This document shows, piece after piece, positions 47,825 to 61,684 of a stretch of DNA of 64,000 nucleotides. The stretch lies in NCBI GenBank assembly GCA_965112155.1, contig OZ218100.1; one strand, written 5' to 3'. The stretch is from Podarcis liolepis. Lineage: Eukaryota. Below the pieces are notes generated by a model, which did no database searches, was not told the DNA's origin, and saw nothing but the letters and a program-made list of their open reading frames with translations. Both the position numbers and the translations under genes were made by a program. The first letter of the stretch is position 1, and each line of letters starts with the position of its first letter.

Positions 47825-48744
47825 CTAAAACATAAAAGCCACTTAGGTAATCTCCAAGGCAATAATTAGAAAATATTGAACATTTCATTTTTTATTCTTT
47901 TAAATTCAGTTTCTGCTCTCAAAAACCAATCTACAGATAAAGTGTGTGTGGCTGCATTTTGGGGGAAGGGGAATTCTGAAAAACATACCATCTTCACACA
48001 AGGCTCTGTAACATGCCTCTGAGGCAATCTAATGTATGTCAGGTTTTACTTTTCAGACTTCAAACTATATATCTATTTGTACCAAGAGGGTGCCTTTTAG
48101 AACTACTTAATAGGATTATTTCAAAAGTGAATTTTGTTTCACTCAAACCAAGAAAGCTATAAATATCAGAACATGCAATAAAATTATATGAAGGCATCTT
48201 TTTAAAAAATGACAAAATATGTTCTATGATGAAGATTCAAAGAGAACTGTGTGCAAAGAGATGGGCAAATGGGGCAGATGGTCAGTTTTCTTTTCTGGCT
48301 GCAGCCCTTCCTGTTACACTGGTCAGGGATGATGGAAGTTGGACTTCAGGGGGGGAAAATGGGAGGACCAAAGGTTGCCCACACCTGCTATGGAGGTTGA
48401 TGATCTCCTGACCTTCAGGAGTACCTGGGCAGGGGAGATGAACAGCCATGGTGCACTCACAATACACTTTGGATCCTGGCCTACAGAAGTTGCAGTTTTG
48501 AAATTCTCCTCCAGATGTTATCTTATACCTTTAAATATAACTATTATAACCAATAATCCGGAACTCAGATTTTAAAAAACACTAGTACATATGACACAAG
48601 TTCATGAAAAAACAGAGACATACATTACTGACTTCCACCAAAGTGAACACATAGTATAACATGACTGCTCAGACATGGCTGGAATGTATAACACACCTGC
48701 CCAAACATTCAGTGAAGTTATTATTTATGGGACACACCACCTTT

Positions 48745-49016
48745 GGTTGGATCCAGTGAACAGAAGAGCTTTTTGGGACTAAGATCTAGTGGAAGCCACC
48801 ACTGAAGGAAGGAAAGGAGATAATTATCACCATTTCCTCTTGCAGTCCCCTGTGCTACCTCATCTGATGGGTCCTTCAACCCACCAGAGCGGGGGGGGGA
48901 GGGGTGGCAGGGGGGATATGCGGCTGAAAGGAGAAGGATAAATCAGTGAAAATTGTATCCCCCTTTGAAAATGTCTTATGAGTGGAGCTCCACTCATGAA
49001 AAATCTGGATTCAACT
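48745..49016. mobile_element. Palindromic MITE, same broad family as 11598
   Basis: TIRs GGTTGGATCCAG / CTGGATTCAACT. Confidence 0.6.
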
Positions 49017-50039
49017 CAGTATATAGAACTATAAGCCAAAGAAAATCAATTAATTAGCATAGAACTGCTACCCTGGAGTACACAAAAATTAAGCTCAGAA
49101 ACAAGTGTTTTTTAAGAGTCGGTATGCCTAAATTATTTTTAAAAGACAGCTTTCCCAACTTTTACCCCAAAATGCTTCCAAAAGGCACTTTTCAGAAATG
49201 CTGATCTGCCTATTACTACTTCCTTACTGCCAGCAGATGGTGAACAAGAGCTAATGGTCAAAGTTATTCCCTAAAATAGTTGCCTAAAACAAAAAACAAA
49301 CTTCTTTCTACCATGCCTTTAAAGTCTAAATAAGTAGGCACTGATGTTTCAATTTCTCTGAATCTCAAAGATTAAAGAAAGAAAATCTCTAGTCATTATA
49401 GCTATTAGATTTTTGAGGATGACGGACTGAGAAAGTCACCCATTTTCTCTCTAAAGTAGTATTTTAAATATTCCTATATTTAAAAAAAGCTGCATGCCTC
49501 TTTAAATTAACCACCATATTTCCTTTCTGTCTCCTGTCTTATGCTACCTGGAGAGTTCTTATGAAAGGAGCAATTAATATTATAGAAAACAAAAAGGAAA
49601 CTACATTTCCTCCATCATACTACCACTTGTTTTACATTTTAATGGCAGTTACCATTCATTGTTCTCTAGAAGGAACAATATTTTTCTGCCGTGTGCTGTT
49701 TTCACTATTAGACGAGTGACTGCGGAGCTTTATTCAACAACTTAAGGAATCAGCAAGTAAAACACACACCATTTCAGTAAAGTCTAATGGTTACACTTGC
49801 TTATTTTAGGGTAGGAATGAGAAACCTCCAGCCTGTTGGCACGCTTGGCCCACCAAGCCATTTCCCCCAAATCACGTCCATCTGTCCATAAGCTGACATC
49901 ATTTTTTATATCACCTGATGGGTAGGAGGGCAGAGTTAAATCCTGCATTGGCTTGTTTCCACCAGGAAACAGGGAAATACACCCAAAGCAGCAGAATTTA
50001 ACTCCCAAACATATTCTTTGCGTCACACCACGAAAAGTG

Positions 50040-50455
50040 AAACATGTTGCAAGAAAAGGGATAGCAGGTCATCTCTGGCTGAAGCAGGATGTGCTTATGA
50101 GAACTCCATTGAATCCTGGAAGACCTGCTCCCTGCCTTGCTGGCCTTTTCCCCACCTGTCCTGGGAGGGCAGGGTGTTGACTGACTCCTGCTACAATAGC
50201 TGAGGCTGCTACCCTGGGGTGTTGCCTAGGTACTTTTGTTGGGGAGGGGGGTTGTTGCTCTTATTGATATTGTTTATTTTGCATCTTTGTTTTAGATACT
50301 ATGATTTAAGTGGATCTTTTTTCAATTTGGTTTTGTACTTTTTGGCATTTTCTTTATTGTTGATGACTACTTATGTTTGTAATTATGTCTTTTTCTTATA
50401 CTGTAAGGTGCCTTGAGCGTAGCTTTAACTATGGAAAGGCAGCATATAAATAAAA
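50040..50455 (+). mobile_element. L2-like LINE 3' end
   Basis: T-rich UTR ending TGTAAGGTGCCTTGAG...GAAAGGCAGCATATAAATAAA; similar degenerate tails at 33455-33785 (+) and 41040-41440 (-). Confidence 0.45.
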
Positions 50456-51286
50456 GTACTTAAGTTTATGAGAAGCCTCTAAACTATTCATTCTTCTGGT
50501 TGGAACCAGGCATATGGTCTTGTTTACGCAGCACCAGCCAGTGAATCAGTGAGCTGAGCAGCACTGCTAGAAGCTGCTGACGGGGAGATAGGATAGTTCT
50601 TGTCATAAACATTAGGAGGTGGTGCTGAAGGAAGGGGTCTCACAGTCTGCACTGTGAAAGTGTGTGTGTGGTTGCTGACTGCCAGTATAACAACCCCTCT
50701 TGCCTGTCAGCAACAGTGTACTTCCACAGTGCTGATCACAATGCTCCCCTGCCTCCTAGCACATGCAGATAACAACAGGAATTCCCTTCTCTCTTCACTG
50801 CTCTGCAGCAGCAACCAACAATTCCAACTAACAAACAGCTTTGCTGGCAGCTACTGGATTTAAGGAAACCTTTCCAACAACTGTGGGAGTGAGCAAAGTA
50901 TGCAGCTGCATCAATATGGTCAAGGCCACTGTGGGCAGCAGTCACTGTCTGTCCCATTAAAACTAAAATTTTGATACTGCTTAAAATAATAAATTCATTG
51001 TTAATCTCAAAGCCAACACTATATATTCCACAAAAAGTAATATTTGCAGGCATGCAGTTCTGAATGTAGTTATTTGCAAACTATGTGTTTTAGATGTGCC
51101 AAACAACTGGAAAACAGAAAAAAATACATGGATTTTAATGAAAGATCTGTGAGGAGAAACTGACAGGAATTTAAGTATCCTGCTCATTTGTCTTCATGGC
51201 AAAATTCACAAGATTATCCATTCCCAACACATTTTCCTACACTTATTCATTCACTACAATAATTTTCAAGAAATTTCTGTAAATAA

Positions 51287-51351
51287 AGAATCATAGAATC
51301 ACAGAATTGTAGAGTTGGAAGGGACCACACGGGTTATCTAGTCCAACCCCC
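51287..51351 (-). mobile_element. CR1/SINE 3' tail fragment
   Basis: GGGGTTGGACTAGAT...GGTCCCTTCCAACTCTACAATTCTGTGATTCTATGATTCT on the minus strand. Confidence 0.75.
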
Positions 51352-52187
51352 ACAGACCAGAATTTCCTGGACTCTAAAAAATTACCCAGCCAGGCACTTT
51401 CCTTAACATGCTCAGTCAAAAATGTAATAGCTATTAATGGGGGCTCAAGACTTTAGTCCTTGTACAGCAGCCCCTGAACCACATGACAAGCACTTTTCAA
51501 ACTGAGGGGTGTATCAAAAGCAGTTTGTGATAGGGGATGGGGATGTGGTCCAGCAGTTCAAAGGGGGTGCGGGAGACTTAAATTCAACACAGGTCCCTTG
51601 CATGACTCTCCGCACAGCATACTAGACCTGGCCTAAATTTTTCATCAGAAGAAATGGCATAAGCTACGCCAAGACACTGTACAGAACACTTGATCCGAGA
51701 TCCAAAGAGGCCAATAAGTGAACAGAAGACACTTCCACATGTGCATAGCAATGTGTGTTGTCAATTCCTGGCACACATATTGCACACCATTCTGTACTTT
51801 TCCCTGACCCTCAGGAGTGGCTTTTCTGGGCTGGGGAAGGGAAGCCCAGGAAGCTGCAGTGAAAAGGAGAGGCCAGAACACTGTGTGTTATCCTTTGGAT
51901 CCCAACCCATTTATTTGCAGAATCTGTTCTATCACTGTACGTACCATGCCAGAAACCAGCTACTCTACTTGAATTCTATTGATCAGAACAGCTCAGATTT
52001 TAATACTATGCAAACTATATTATATCCTGCTTAAATTATAACTGTTCATTCTTCACAAGGTAATTGTGGTGCAATGTAGTAGGATTATTCAATAATTACA
52101 CCTAACTTTATATCTATATATACATCACTGTAAATATATTGATTTGTTAGGAAATATTTTTCATGGTTAATTATTCAAATATATTAC

Positions 52188-52253
52188 CTTTAAAGGGCCT
52201 TTTATGTGATCATCCTGAACTTCCACAGTTGATGAATCATGCCTAAATGTTAC
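52188..52253 (-). CDS. ARID4B: ARID4B exon 4 (66 nt)
   Basis: tttgcag|GTAACA...TTAAAG|gtaata; VTFRHDSSTVEVQDDHIKGPLK. Confidence 0.96.
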
Positions 52254-53707
52254 CTGCAAAGCACAATTTAAAGGATTGTTAAAGCAGAGCAAGTGTACAT
52301 ATAGCTATCTTTACTATTTATTTATTCAGGATGTTTCTAGGCCACCCTTCATTATAACCAATCTTGTGGTGGTGAACAATACAATTAAAACTCATCCAAA
52401 TTGCAATTTTAAAAATCCACTTCATAATAAGAGCAAATATGATTAAAGCCCAAATCATTAAAATACAGGCCTTTACTCAAGGACAGAGTGGGCCTGCAAC
52501 CTCCAGCAATAAATAAAGCTAATATCCTACAATTGCCTGGGCAAATGAATAGTTTTTTCACTTGGCAACAAAATGAAAAAATAATAGGCACTAAACATAC
52601 ATCTAACAGAAGGGCATTCCACAACTAGGGCACATCCGTTTTCAACATCCCCACATGGTGTACAGATATTTCTGAGTTTGAGCTTAGCCAGTCTACAGCA
52701 GCTGCAAATTATGCCACTAGCAGACAAATAACTATATATAGCATGTCTCCCCTATTTATGGCCCTATTTGCCACTAAAATCTAAAACATTAGAAGCGCCA
52801 CCCATTTTATAATCTCCATTAATTTATTTTGCTTTTTTTCCCTTATAAAGGAAAACGAGATGTAATGCAAAGGACACAGTGCTGGAGTTGGACTAAGAAA
52901 ACCTTTGTTCATATTCCTGCTCAGCCATGAAGCAGCATCAATTGTTGTGAGATTACCACATGCATGCTTCCCTAACTCCTTGAAGGAAGGGTGGCACAGA
53001 AAAGTAATCAGTAATAACATCATTAGCTTATGACTGAAGTATTACACGCAAACAATAAAAGATACATACATTTATACTGTCTATTTATAGAAAACTGAAT
53101 CCCATAGAACTTGAGTGTTTTGAGCAGGAGATTTGGATTTAACTGATTAACTAAACTGCTTAAAAACAAACAGCACTTTACATTAATACAAATGATTATT
53201 TTATAAAAGCAGGGTTTTGAAATACACAGGGAACATCCACCACATGAGGCTTCCTGCTTCAAAACTTTGCCTTCCAACTTGTGAAGGGTGACAAAACAAG
53301 AAGGGAAACAAACAGATGTAGTGTGCTTATCCCTGTAGACTCCCCCAAATCCTAATCAGAACACCTGAAGAGGGCTATAGCTTTTCTTTATTTTCAGATA
53401 TATTGGTGGCATAATGAAATTTAGCAGGATTATTAAATGATTATGCAACGTCTACATTCTGGTGTTGCTTTTAAAACAACACTAATGACATTTTGGTGCT
53501 GCTTATCATTTGTGTCCCTCCCTCAAAGTGATCTTAGAAACTGTTAGGAAGTTAATCTACTGGAGAGGGAGAACAACTGAGCACTCAGTCCTAGTGAAGT
53601 ACTTCACTAACTCATCCCTCTTAAAATGCCTCACTTCAAGACCCATACATTGTGGAGTGCTCTGAATATATGCTATTTTTTAAATGAAAAATTACACACA
53701 TACATAC

Positions 53708-53818
53708 CTTGACTTTGACCAGTCTTTTTGTTGTCTTGATTTTGGCCTCACAGAAGGCCCCTCTATATTTTGCACTCACATCAGTGCCCACTGTCAAATA
53801 TGGAGGCTCATCAAGGGC
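53708..53818 (-). CDS. ARID4B: ARID4B exon 3 (111 nt), Tudor domain start
   Basis: ctcttctag|GCCCTTGAT...GTCAAG|gtatgt; [37 protein letters not shown]; phase 0-0. Confidence 0.96.
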
Positions 53819-53958
53819 CTAGAAGAGAAGAAAAAGGAAAACAACTGGCTTTTAATCTCTCCCCCGATATTTCAAAAGAGGCAAAATTATTACACTTATA
53901 AGAATAAGCAATCCACTACTAAATTTCAGTGAAAACTTTTCAATGGGAATACTGAAAT

Positions 53959-54273
53959 TGATAGCCATCTTCAAATATCTAAAGAGCTGACACATGGAAG
54001 ATGGAACAAGCTTGGTTTAGTCTGCTCTGAAGGGTAGGACCCAAACCAATGGCTTTAAGTTATAAAAAAGGAGATTCCGGCTAAATATCAGGAAGCCTTT
54101 TCCGTCGATAAGAGTTGTTTGCCAGTGAAATAGATGCCCTGGGGAGGTGATGTACTCTACTTTTTATGCAGAGGCTGAATAGCCATTTTTCATGTTTGAT
54201 TTAGTTGAGATTCCTGCATCACGGGGTTTGGACTAGATGGCTCTCAGGGTCCCTTACAATTCTATGATTCTAT
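53959..54273 (+). mobile_element. CR1 LINE 3' end
   Basis: IAIFKYLK-type ORF2 end, TTGGACTAGATG...GGTCCCTT, (ATTCTATG)n tail. Confidence 0.85.
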
Positions 54274-54811
54274 ATGGAACTTTTGAAAAAAGAGTCCTCA
54301 TATTGTTCTAAGTAAATTATGAATCATGCTCATGATAGTTCTCCATTCATTCAGTTCCCAAGCATTATGCCTGGCAAATTTCATCTCCTTCTATCCTTGT
54401 CAAACAGGACCTGTTTAAGCAACTAGAAACCTAACCTGCTTAGACCTTGGCTAGACATTGATCACATCAAAAATAGCTAAGCCAGTCAATATTAATCTAG
54501 ATCCTGACCCTGAGACCAAGGAAACTTCCATAGAGATGGTATAGAATATTGTTTCAAAAATTACAGGGGGGCACATCTTTAAAGTTGTTAAATGTTACAA
54601 ATATTATGCCTGAATGTATCCTTTCAACTTGACAGCTCAGGGAAGCTGCTTTTCCTAGAGCGAATCAGAGCTGCTCCCCCATTTCCCCTGCCTTTTCTTG
54701 CCCTTTTCTCCCCACTCCCACACCTACAGTAGCTGTGCACCTGTCTTGCCCCAAGCCGCAATATTTTCCAACAGAAATGGATCTAATGGGACAGTGTGTG
54801 ATCATATGAGG

Positions 54812-55374
54812 TGTCAATAATGAGGGCAGGTGAGGTGGTGTCTATGGGGCTGCTTCCTGTGTGTCTCCAAGCCCCTAACTAACATTAGTGCAGGGATCCA
54901 AGGGCAGCAATGACAGGGACAGCACTCAGAGCTCACACAGCTGCTGGAGAGGGAGAGGGAGGTGGCAAGACCTGCACAAGCACACAAGGAAGAACAAAGA
55001 GGAAGGTGCTCCCAGGCTCTTAGGCTGTACTTTATGGGCTGAACTGCAAGTGCTCCTGTCTTCTTCTGCCCAGATGCAGGAGACACCATAAATATACAGC
55101 TGGCTCTCAGGCATGAATAAACCAGGCTCGAAGCCCTGAACCAGCAGTGAGCCAGACACTTGCCTGTCTGCTTCTGGTATCCCTTCCTGAAGTTAAACTC
55201 AGGAGGAGGGAAATTAGATCAGGACCCAACAAGGAAGAGGTGGAGCAGCCTGCTCTGCAGTCTCTGCCTAACTTCTGTTGGTGCAGCAGATTCTTCAGGG
55301 AACTCCTCAGGGAGCCAATTTCCAAATCTAAACTGCAAAGCAAGCCCCTTCTTTGCTGGGCAAGGGGCTAGACA
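54812..55374 (+). mobile_element. Possible solo LTR
   Basis: GC-richer ~560-bp block bounded by TGTC...GACA, with a TATA-like CATAAATA and AATAAA (55116-55121); no matching TSD. Confidence 0.3.
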
Positions 55375-56791
55375 TTCAGGCACAGACTGCTGAGGGACAG
55401 ATGCTTTAGGCAACATGGGTCACCTCTTTCCCAAACAGTAAAAGTGCAGGACTCTCATCACAAATAACTTTTGCTTCCTGTATAAGCTTATTGCTAATTC
55501 AAAGCTCACACAATCTTTTAGATATTTTTTTAAATCGGAAAAGCAGTAAGACATGGTGTAAATCTAAAAAGTTGTTTGTTTCCATTACCTAGGAATCTAG
55601 AAATATCGGTGCACTTTTTAAATGCACCAATCATTCCCTACCTCTCCTATTTTTTCCCCAAGGAACTGTGAGAATCAACTTGGTGAATAAGCTGTAAAAT
55701 TATTTTTCTCAAAAACCATTTGCTCTTTTTTTTTGGCATCGGGCTCTTACACTTATCAAGAGCACAGAAATATTTCAACAGGCACTAATTCTGCTATCAA
55801 CGTGCTTCCCCTAATAAATTGTAAGATGAATAGATCTGTTTCAGATGGAATCAAGAAACATTAATTTGGTGTGTAAAAACCCAGGTTTTGATATCTTTGT
55901 TTGGGCCAATATCCTTTTTAAAGCTTTTGAGCTTGAAGTATTCTATAAAATATTGAAGTCACACTGTCCAACAAACAGAATTTGATCCCATTTCTTAAAA
56001 CCACTTTTAAGATTTCTATAGATTTGGCAAGGAAACCAACCAAGCTTAGGCTGTTTACAAGGTGCGGGCTCAGTTTGAACATGAATTTTTTATCCAAGCT
56101 TTTATACATGAAAATGAAACACAGTGCAACATAATCCTTTACAGAATTAATGATGTACATTGTGTTGTATAAAATATAGCCTTCCTTGAAACAGGAAATA
56201 AAAGGGCCAGTTGTGTGCAGAAAATGGTAGCTGCATACAACTGTTGGGAAATATAGCACTGCGTTATTTATCAGACAATTACATTCTGTCACTTGTGGCT
56301 TGCCTTGTGATTACATTGTTTTTTTCCAACAAAAATCACATTAGATGTGTTAATTAGCATACCTATGGCAGAATATTTTTGTTATCTGCCTGTTAGCTTA
56401 AAAGAGCTAGGAGTTCACTCATCATAGTGCTCAGCTATGGCTGCTGGCAATCCTGGCTCTGAAGAACCAGGAGTTTTCTAAGAATTATGCAGCTGTAGTG
56501 TAAGTGCACAAAGCTATAGAGAGGGGGAAAGAAAAGTGCTGCTTTGCTACTGAGCAGTTTCCCCAAGACCAGTTGCTAGCACACTACAGCCTTCTGTGTA
56601 AACAGTTCTGATCAAAGAAGATAATTTAACTCTCAACCTATCAATGAAATTTATATACTGCTTCATACCAGAACAGTCTATGAGCAGTTTATAAAAAGAC
56701 AGCAAACACTACACCCCCCCACACCAGAATGGAAATCTCCTCTCCTTCCATATCCCACACATCCTCCCTAAATCTGCTCTGGAGGGTTCAG

Positions 56792-56863
56792 ACATAGACA
56801 CAGAATCATAGAGTTGGAAGGGATCCAGAGGATCATCTAGTCCACCCCCTGCAACGCAGGAAT
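56792..56863 (-). mobile_element. CR1/SINE 3' tail fragment inserted in a palindromic MITE
   Basis: GGACTAGATGATCC...CCCTTCCAACTCTATGATTCT on the minus strand; flanks resemble the 11598 and 59090 MITE family. Confidence 0.7.
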
Positions 56864-57612
56864 ACGCAGCTGTGCCATACAGGGATAAAACACTGAAGGA
56901 ACACCCCAGAACAGGTTTGGGGGGGAGGTGCAAGAGGAGAGCAAGGGAAAGTTCCTCTGCACAGTCAAAAGTTCTTGTGTTAGCGGAACAACATCACTGG
57001 CTAACACCCAACAGATCCAAATGGAACAATAAAACCCCAGAACTAAGACGTGCATGGTTCTTCTGGGTGGGTTAAAATTTTTGCCCAAATAAAAACCATG
57101 CCAACTTTGCCTAGCCTTGTGATACAAAATTACACTGTAACCATCATAGATGTTTCGGACTTATGAAAGTTGTTATATGAGGTTCCAAACCAATCCACCA
57201 TCAATTTATACCAGCTGAGCTGCTGTAGCTCAACTGACATCCACAAGCATTTACACTGTAAAGTGTAAGACCTGACATGACTGAATAGCAGCGCTGCTAT
57301 AGCTAGAGACTACCTCACCTGCACAAGGGAGGTGTGATGTCACAGCAAAGCACAACACGTGTCTTTTGCTGCTGCACTACCCTTTTTTTTGTTTTTTGTT
57401 TTTGCACTCTGAGGCTGCCTGGTCTGGTAGCGGGGCAGCCCCCCCCAAGATGCCTAGACATTTTGTTTTGCCACCCACAACCTAGGTCCCAGGAGCCACG
57501 GGGCTCCTAGCGTTCCCCAGTTTCTAACACTGAGTCCTTCTATTCATAGAGGGCAAGCCTGGATTCCACCTACTAGATATATTTGGGAGTAGAGGGAAAT
57601 GAAAACTAAAGT

Positions 57613-57700
57613 TGCATGCACACAAAAGCTCATACCAATAACAAACTTAGTTGGTCTCTAAGGTGGTACTGGAAGGATTTTTTTTTTAAATTTTGTTTCA
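57613..57700 (+). mobile_element. Penelope-like element terminal-repeat remnant
   Basis: TGCATGCACACAAAAGCTCATACCAATAACAAACTTAGTTGGTCTCTAAGGTGGTACTGGA resembles the reptile PLE terminal repeat (recalled, not searched). Confidence 0.6.
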
Positions 57701-59611
57701 ACAATATTCCTTGTTAACAGTGTTCTGCTTTAACTACCAAAAAAGATTCTTCTAGTTTAATGAAAATTATTGGCTTTTTAGGAAAGTACTTTGAGTTCCG
57801 TGATCATGCAAAAGATTAAGAAACAGCAACAGAAACATTTGATACATAATAAATATAAGACAATTTGTCTTCCCGCACACACACCCCCCAATGTAGCATC
57901 TAAAAGAAATATTTTTCAAAATCTTAACTAAAAAGTGTGATTTAGAATACTAAGGGTTATTACCACTACGGTACTTGGTGATCCCAGCCAGCTGAAAGAC
58001 TCAGCTGGTGAGAAGGAACCCTTCACATTCTAACATGCCAGGAATTGTTTCTGCCAAAGAAATCCCACAAAAAGACACAGATAAAAATATGTGGCTTATG
58101 GAGGAAAAACAAATGCTGCTAGACACAGCAACTATACATTTCATTGAAGTCCAATCAGTCTTTGAATAATTTCAAATGAATTTCATGTGGGTTACAATGT
58201 GTGTCAAAAACTTCTTTTTGGCACCGTATACACACTTGCCAACAAAACTAAGAATGCAAACTAAGACATGTATAAACATATCATCATCTCCAAAGCATTC
58301 AAAGACCTGACATGGTATAACATTTCAGATGACATAAGAGAGACAAGGTGAAACAGGCAACATATCCTCCTGTCATGGCTTAGTAATACATTATGTTTCA
58401 CACATGCATTCACATTAGGTGTTAATGGGGGGAAAGTCGCTACTCTTTGATTAAGGCAACACAACAGGAATACAATTGGAGATGCACCTCAAAAATGTAA
58501 TTTTAATATGATGTTATACCAAGGAGTTCATTCTTGCTGCCAATTTAAGTCTGCGCCAGTACAGTATCTGACTCAATGAAATCCCATTTTGTCTGGAAAG
58601 ATGAACTAAACAGGTGAAATTAGGGGAACCAGAGCAAGCTCATCCCTTAGCATCTGCAGCAGGAGTGACTCTCACAAGTTATGCAGAGAGAGGTGACAAC
58701 TGGAATATGCAGGGGTCTTCCTCACTGCCTGATTCCTGTGGCAATCAAGCCATACAAGGTGTATCTACTAACTGGCCATCTTACAGCTTTGGGGAAGGAA
58801 ACTTGATGCCTGAGGCACTCTGAGCACCAGTAAACATATCACTACTAATTAGCATTCATCAAAGTGAGGAATGTCAACCACAATGTTGCACATGGAACCT
58901 CTCTTTCATTCTAGGTGCTTTGCACTTATTTTCCATGGTGGGAAAACCTGCTCCTCCTAGGACTCCAGGTCCCCTTCTCCCCTTTTTGATGCAGAAAAAC
59001 CCATCCCACATGTATCTGAACCTGCATGAAAAGTAAACAACTAGAGCTCTGGGAAGTATTCAACTTTTTGTGCAAGCTCAAGGATTAGCACGAGCACAAA
59101 GGGATTCTCCCCTCTTCTCCGCCTGTGCAGTCTGCAAATCTGCTCTGGAGGGTTGGGGAAACATCCAGAACAGATTTAAGGGGCAAGGCAGGGGACAGTG
59201 TTCCGTCCCACAAGCAGAAACTTTTGTGCTGATAGAACATTCACTTTAGCAATATACTGAATACAACCCCCTGTGTTCAGTTGAGCTCAGTCCAGATAGG
59301 TTTGCTCTAGTCACCCTCTTACCCTCTTCTCCCCCAGTTCTCGTACTTCAACTCCATCTTTCTTACTGGTGACTATAGTGTGCTTACACAAACAGAATTG
59401 TGCTGACTTAAATTTGGGGGCTTTAGTATGGAGTATTCTTAACATGATGCAGCTGCAAATACAATATTTATTTATAAATTAATATAAATAAATGTAAAGA
59501 TTATATGCCAATATAAACAAATAAACAACAAGGCAGGTTTTTGGCTTAAAATTCTAGTACAGAAAAACACAGAAATGAGTTAATAACTATGCTTGGGCCA
59601 TTCGCTTAATC

Positions 59612-59817
59612 CAGGGATCAACAAAGCTTTTCAGCAGGGGGCTGGTCCACTGTCCCTCAGACCTGCGGGGGGGGCCAACTATATTGGGGGGGAATGAACG
59701 AATTCCTATGCCCCACAAATAACCCAGAGATGCATTTTAAATAAAAGCACACATTCTACTCATGTAAAAACATGCTGATTCCTGGACCGCCCCCGGGCCT
59801 TAGTTTGCCTACCCATG
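59612..59817. mobile_element. Non-autonomous hAT DNA transposon with perfect 8-bp TSD
   Basis: TSD GCTTAATC at 59604-59611 and 59818-59825; imperfect TIRs CAGGGATCAACAAA / TTTGCCTACCCATG. Confidence 0.85.
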
Positions 59818-61471
59818 GCTTAATCACCAAGATGAAGGGGAAAGAGTAAAAGTGAAGCTGAACTTTACTGTGGGAAAAGAGAAAGAACAAGGAACAATAA
59901 CAACAACAAAAAAAGGTTAGTAGCTGTCCTCTCTCTTGAGTTCAGAGAAATGTGAAGAACAGAGAAGAGTAGGAAAGCTGAGATGCAGGGGTTACCTGTC
60001 CGGGTGAGGAAGGGATGAGAAGGTGTTGCTTATCTCAAATTTACTGAGTTTTCTTTGTGATGGGAGGGGATCCTTCCACAAAAGGGCACAAGGGTAATCA
60101 CACTTCCTTCATGATTGCTTTATGCATGTTGTGGGAAATGCTCCCTCTCTCTGATAAGGTTCAGGCTGTGATGGAGTGGTGAATAATGTAGCCCATGAGC
60201 CCACCTCACTCACCTTCTTTCATAAAGACACTGGCTGGTGCCTTTGTACAGAGGTTCATTAATACCAGTGAAACAAAATAACAAACATGGTTTGGAGGCA
60301 ATTGGCAAGGGTGTAAGAGGTAAGGAATCTAGCTAAAGTCTAAATGAAAGACGGACAAAAAGGAGCAAGCTTCTGTAATCAATTGAGGCAAGGGGACTAA
60401 AAGAATACTAAAAGAGAGATTGGAAAAGACTTTCCAGGAGTGTTCCAAGACAGCTGAACTTGTGTGGCAGCCTCCTGAGTAAGAGACTGGCATGTAGAGG
60501 AGCAAGGATCAGTCTGAGTGGGGAAGACTGAATCCAGTGGGGATGACTACAGAAAAAACAACAATGTTAAAAGATGTTTTCAGAGAGGTCCAGTCAGGTA
60601 CCTGAGTAACTTTCATGACAAAGACAAGGGTAGAGAATTCCTGGGACATCCTGAGTGTAATTAATTCAATGTCATGCCACAAGGAAGAAATCCAAGCCAC
60701 AGGATGTTTCTGCCCATTCAAACTGTTTTCAGCAAAATAATCTTGCTTTGCCGATAAAAGAGGTCAAGCTTGAAAGTCTTTAGAAAATGCACACAGGCTT
60801 CTTTTTTCACTTCATTAACACAGACTATGAGTAATGTGCCTTTGTCCTTGTATAAGGGTATGGGGTTTGGGTTTCTTCTGAAAGTCAACAAGATTATTTT
60901 ATTTGGGTTAGAGTGGGGTATGCTGTCAATATGCTAGTGAGTAGCATGTGTTTTGATTATCACCAACATATATGCTAGAGCTTTCCCTGTCCACCCCTGT
61001 AAGCCTCCTTCACTTCATCTTGGAGAGTTCTAGTTGAACCAAGAATCTCAGCAACAGGCTCCTTGAACTATGCACAACCTCTTGTGGTCTTTGTTCAAAA
61101 ATATATAGGAGCAGAGCCCAAAGAGGTGACTGTTGCTATCTAAACTTGGATTAGTGTACTCCTGGTCCTGGATGGTCCCTGGCCACTATTAGTTGTTATG
61201 CGAAGCTCTACTGTGGATTGCATAATCCTATCTATATGTTGAGTAGACTTTAGTGTGATCAAAACAAATTACGAAGATACAACAGAAATAATTCCAGACT
61301 AAGAACAACTTCACATTACCTTTTCTAACAAAAAACAAGCATGTAACAATAAATATCTACAAAAGTTACTGTTTACTTCAATACAACTGCCACTCCATGT
61401 ATTCTAAAAAATGGTCAAGAAGCAAGAGAAAGCCATTCATAACCAAACACACATGGTTTCTTTCCCTAAAG

Positions 61472-61684
61472 CAGGCATGTCCAAAGTCTGTTTCAGGGGC
61501 CTATCCAGCCCGTTGGTCAGTTTAATCTGTGGCAGTTTATTACCTGGGGTAAAATCCTAAAAACAACAACAACAACAACAAAACCTTAACAACTCCAATC
61601 CAACCCTTAAAAAAGTCAACAACTTTGGTTGGCCCTTTACTTCATCAAATCTGGCCCTCTTTGAAAAAAGTTTGGACACCACTG
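61472..61684. mobile_element. hAT (Charlie-like) MITE
   Basis: TIRs CAGGCATGTCCAAA / TTTGGACACCACTG; terminal TGGCCCTCTTTGAAAAAAGTTTGGACAC. Confidence 0.7.

Noticed and set aside
54814-55416. Cluster of overlapping 65-91 aa ORFs as a nested gene
   Set aside because: Explained by locally higher GC in a probable repeat or LTR; no recognisable protein similarity.
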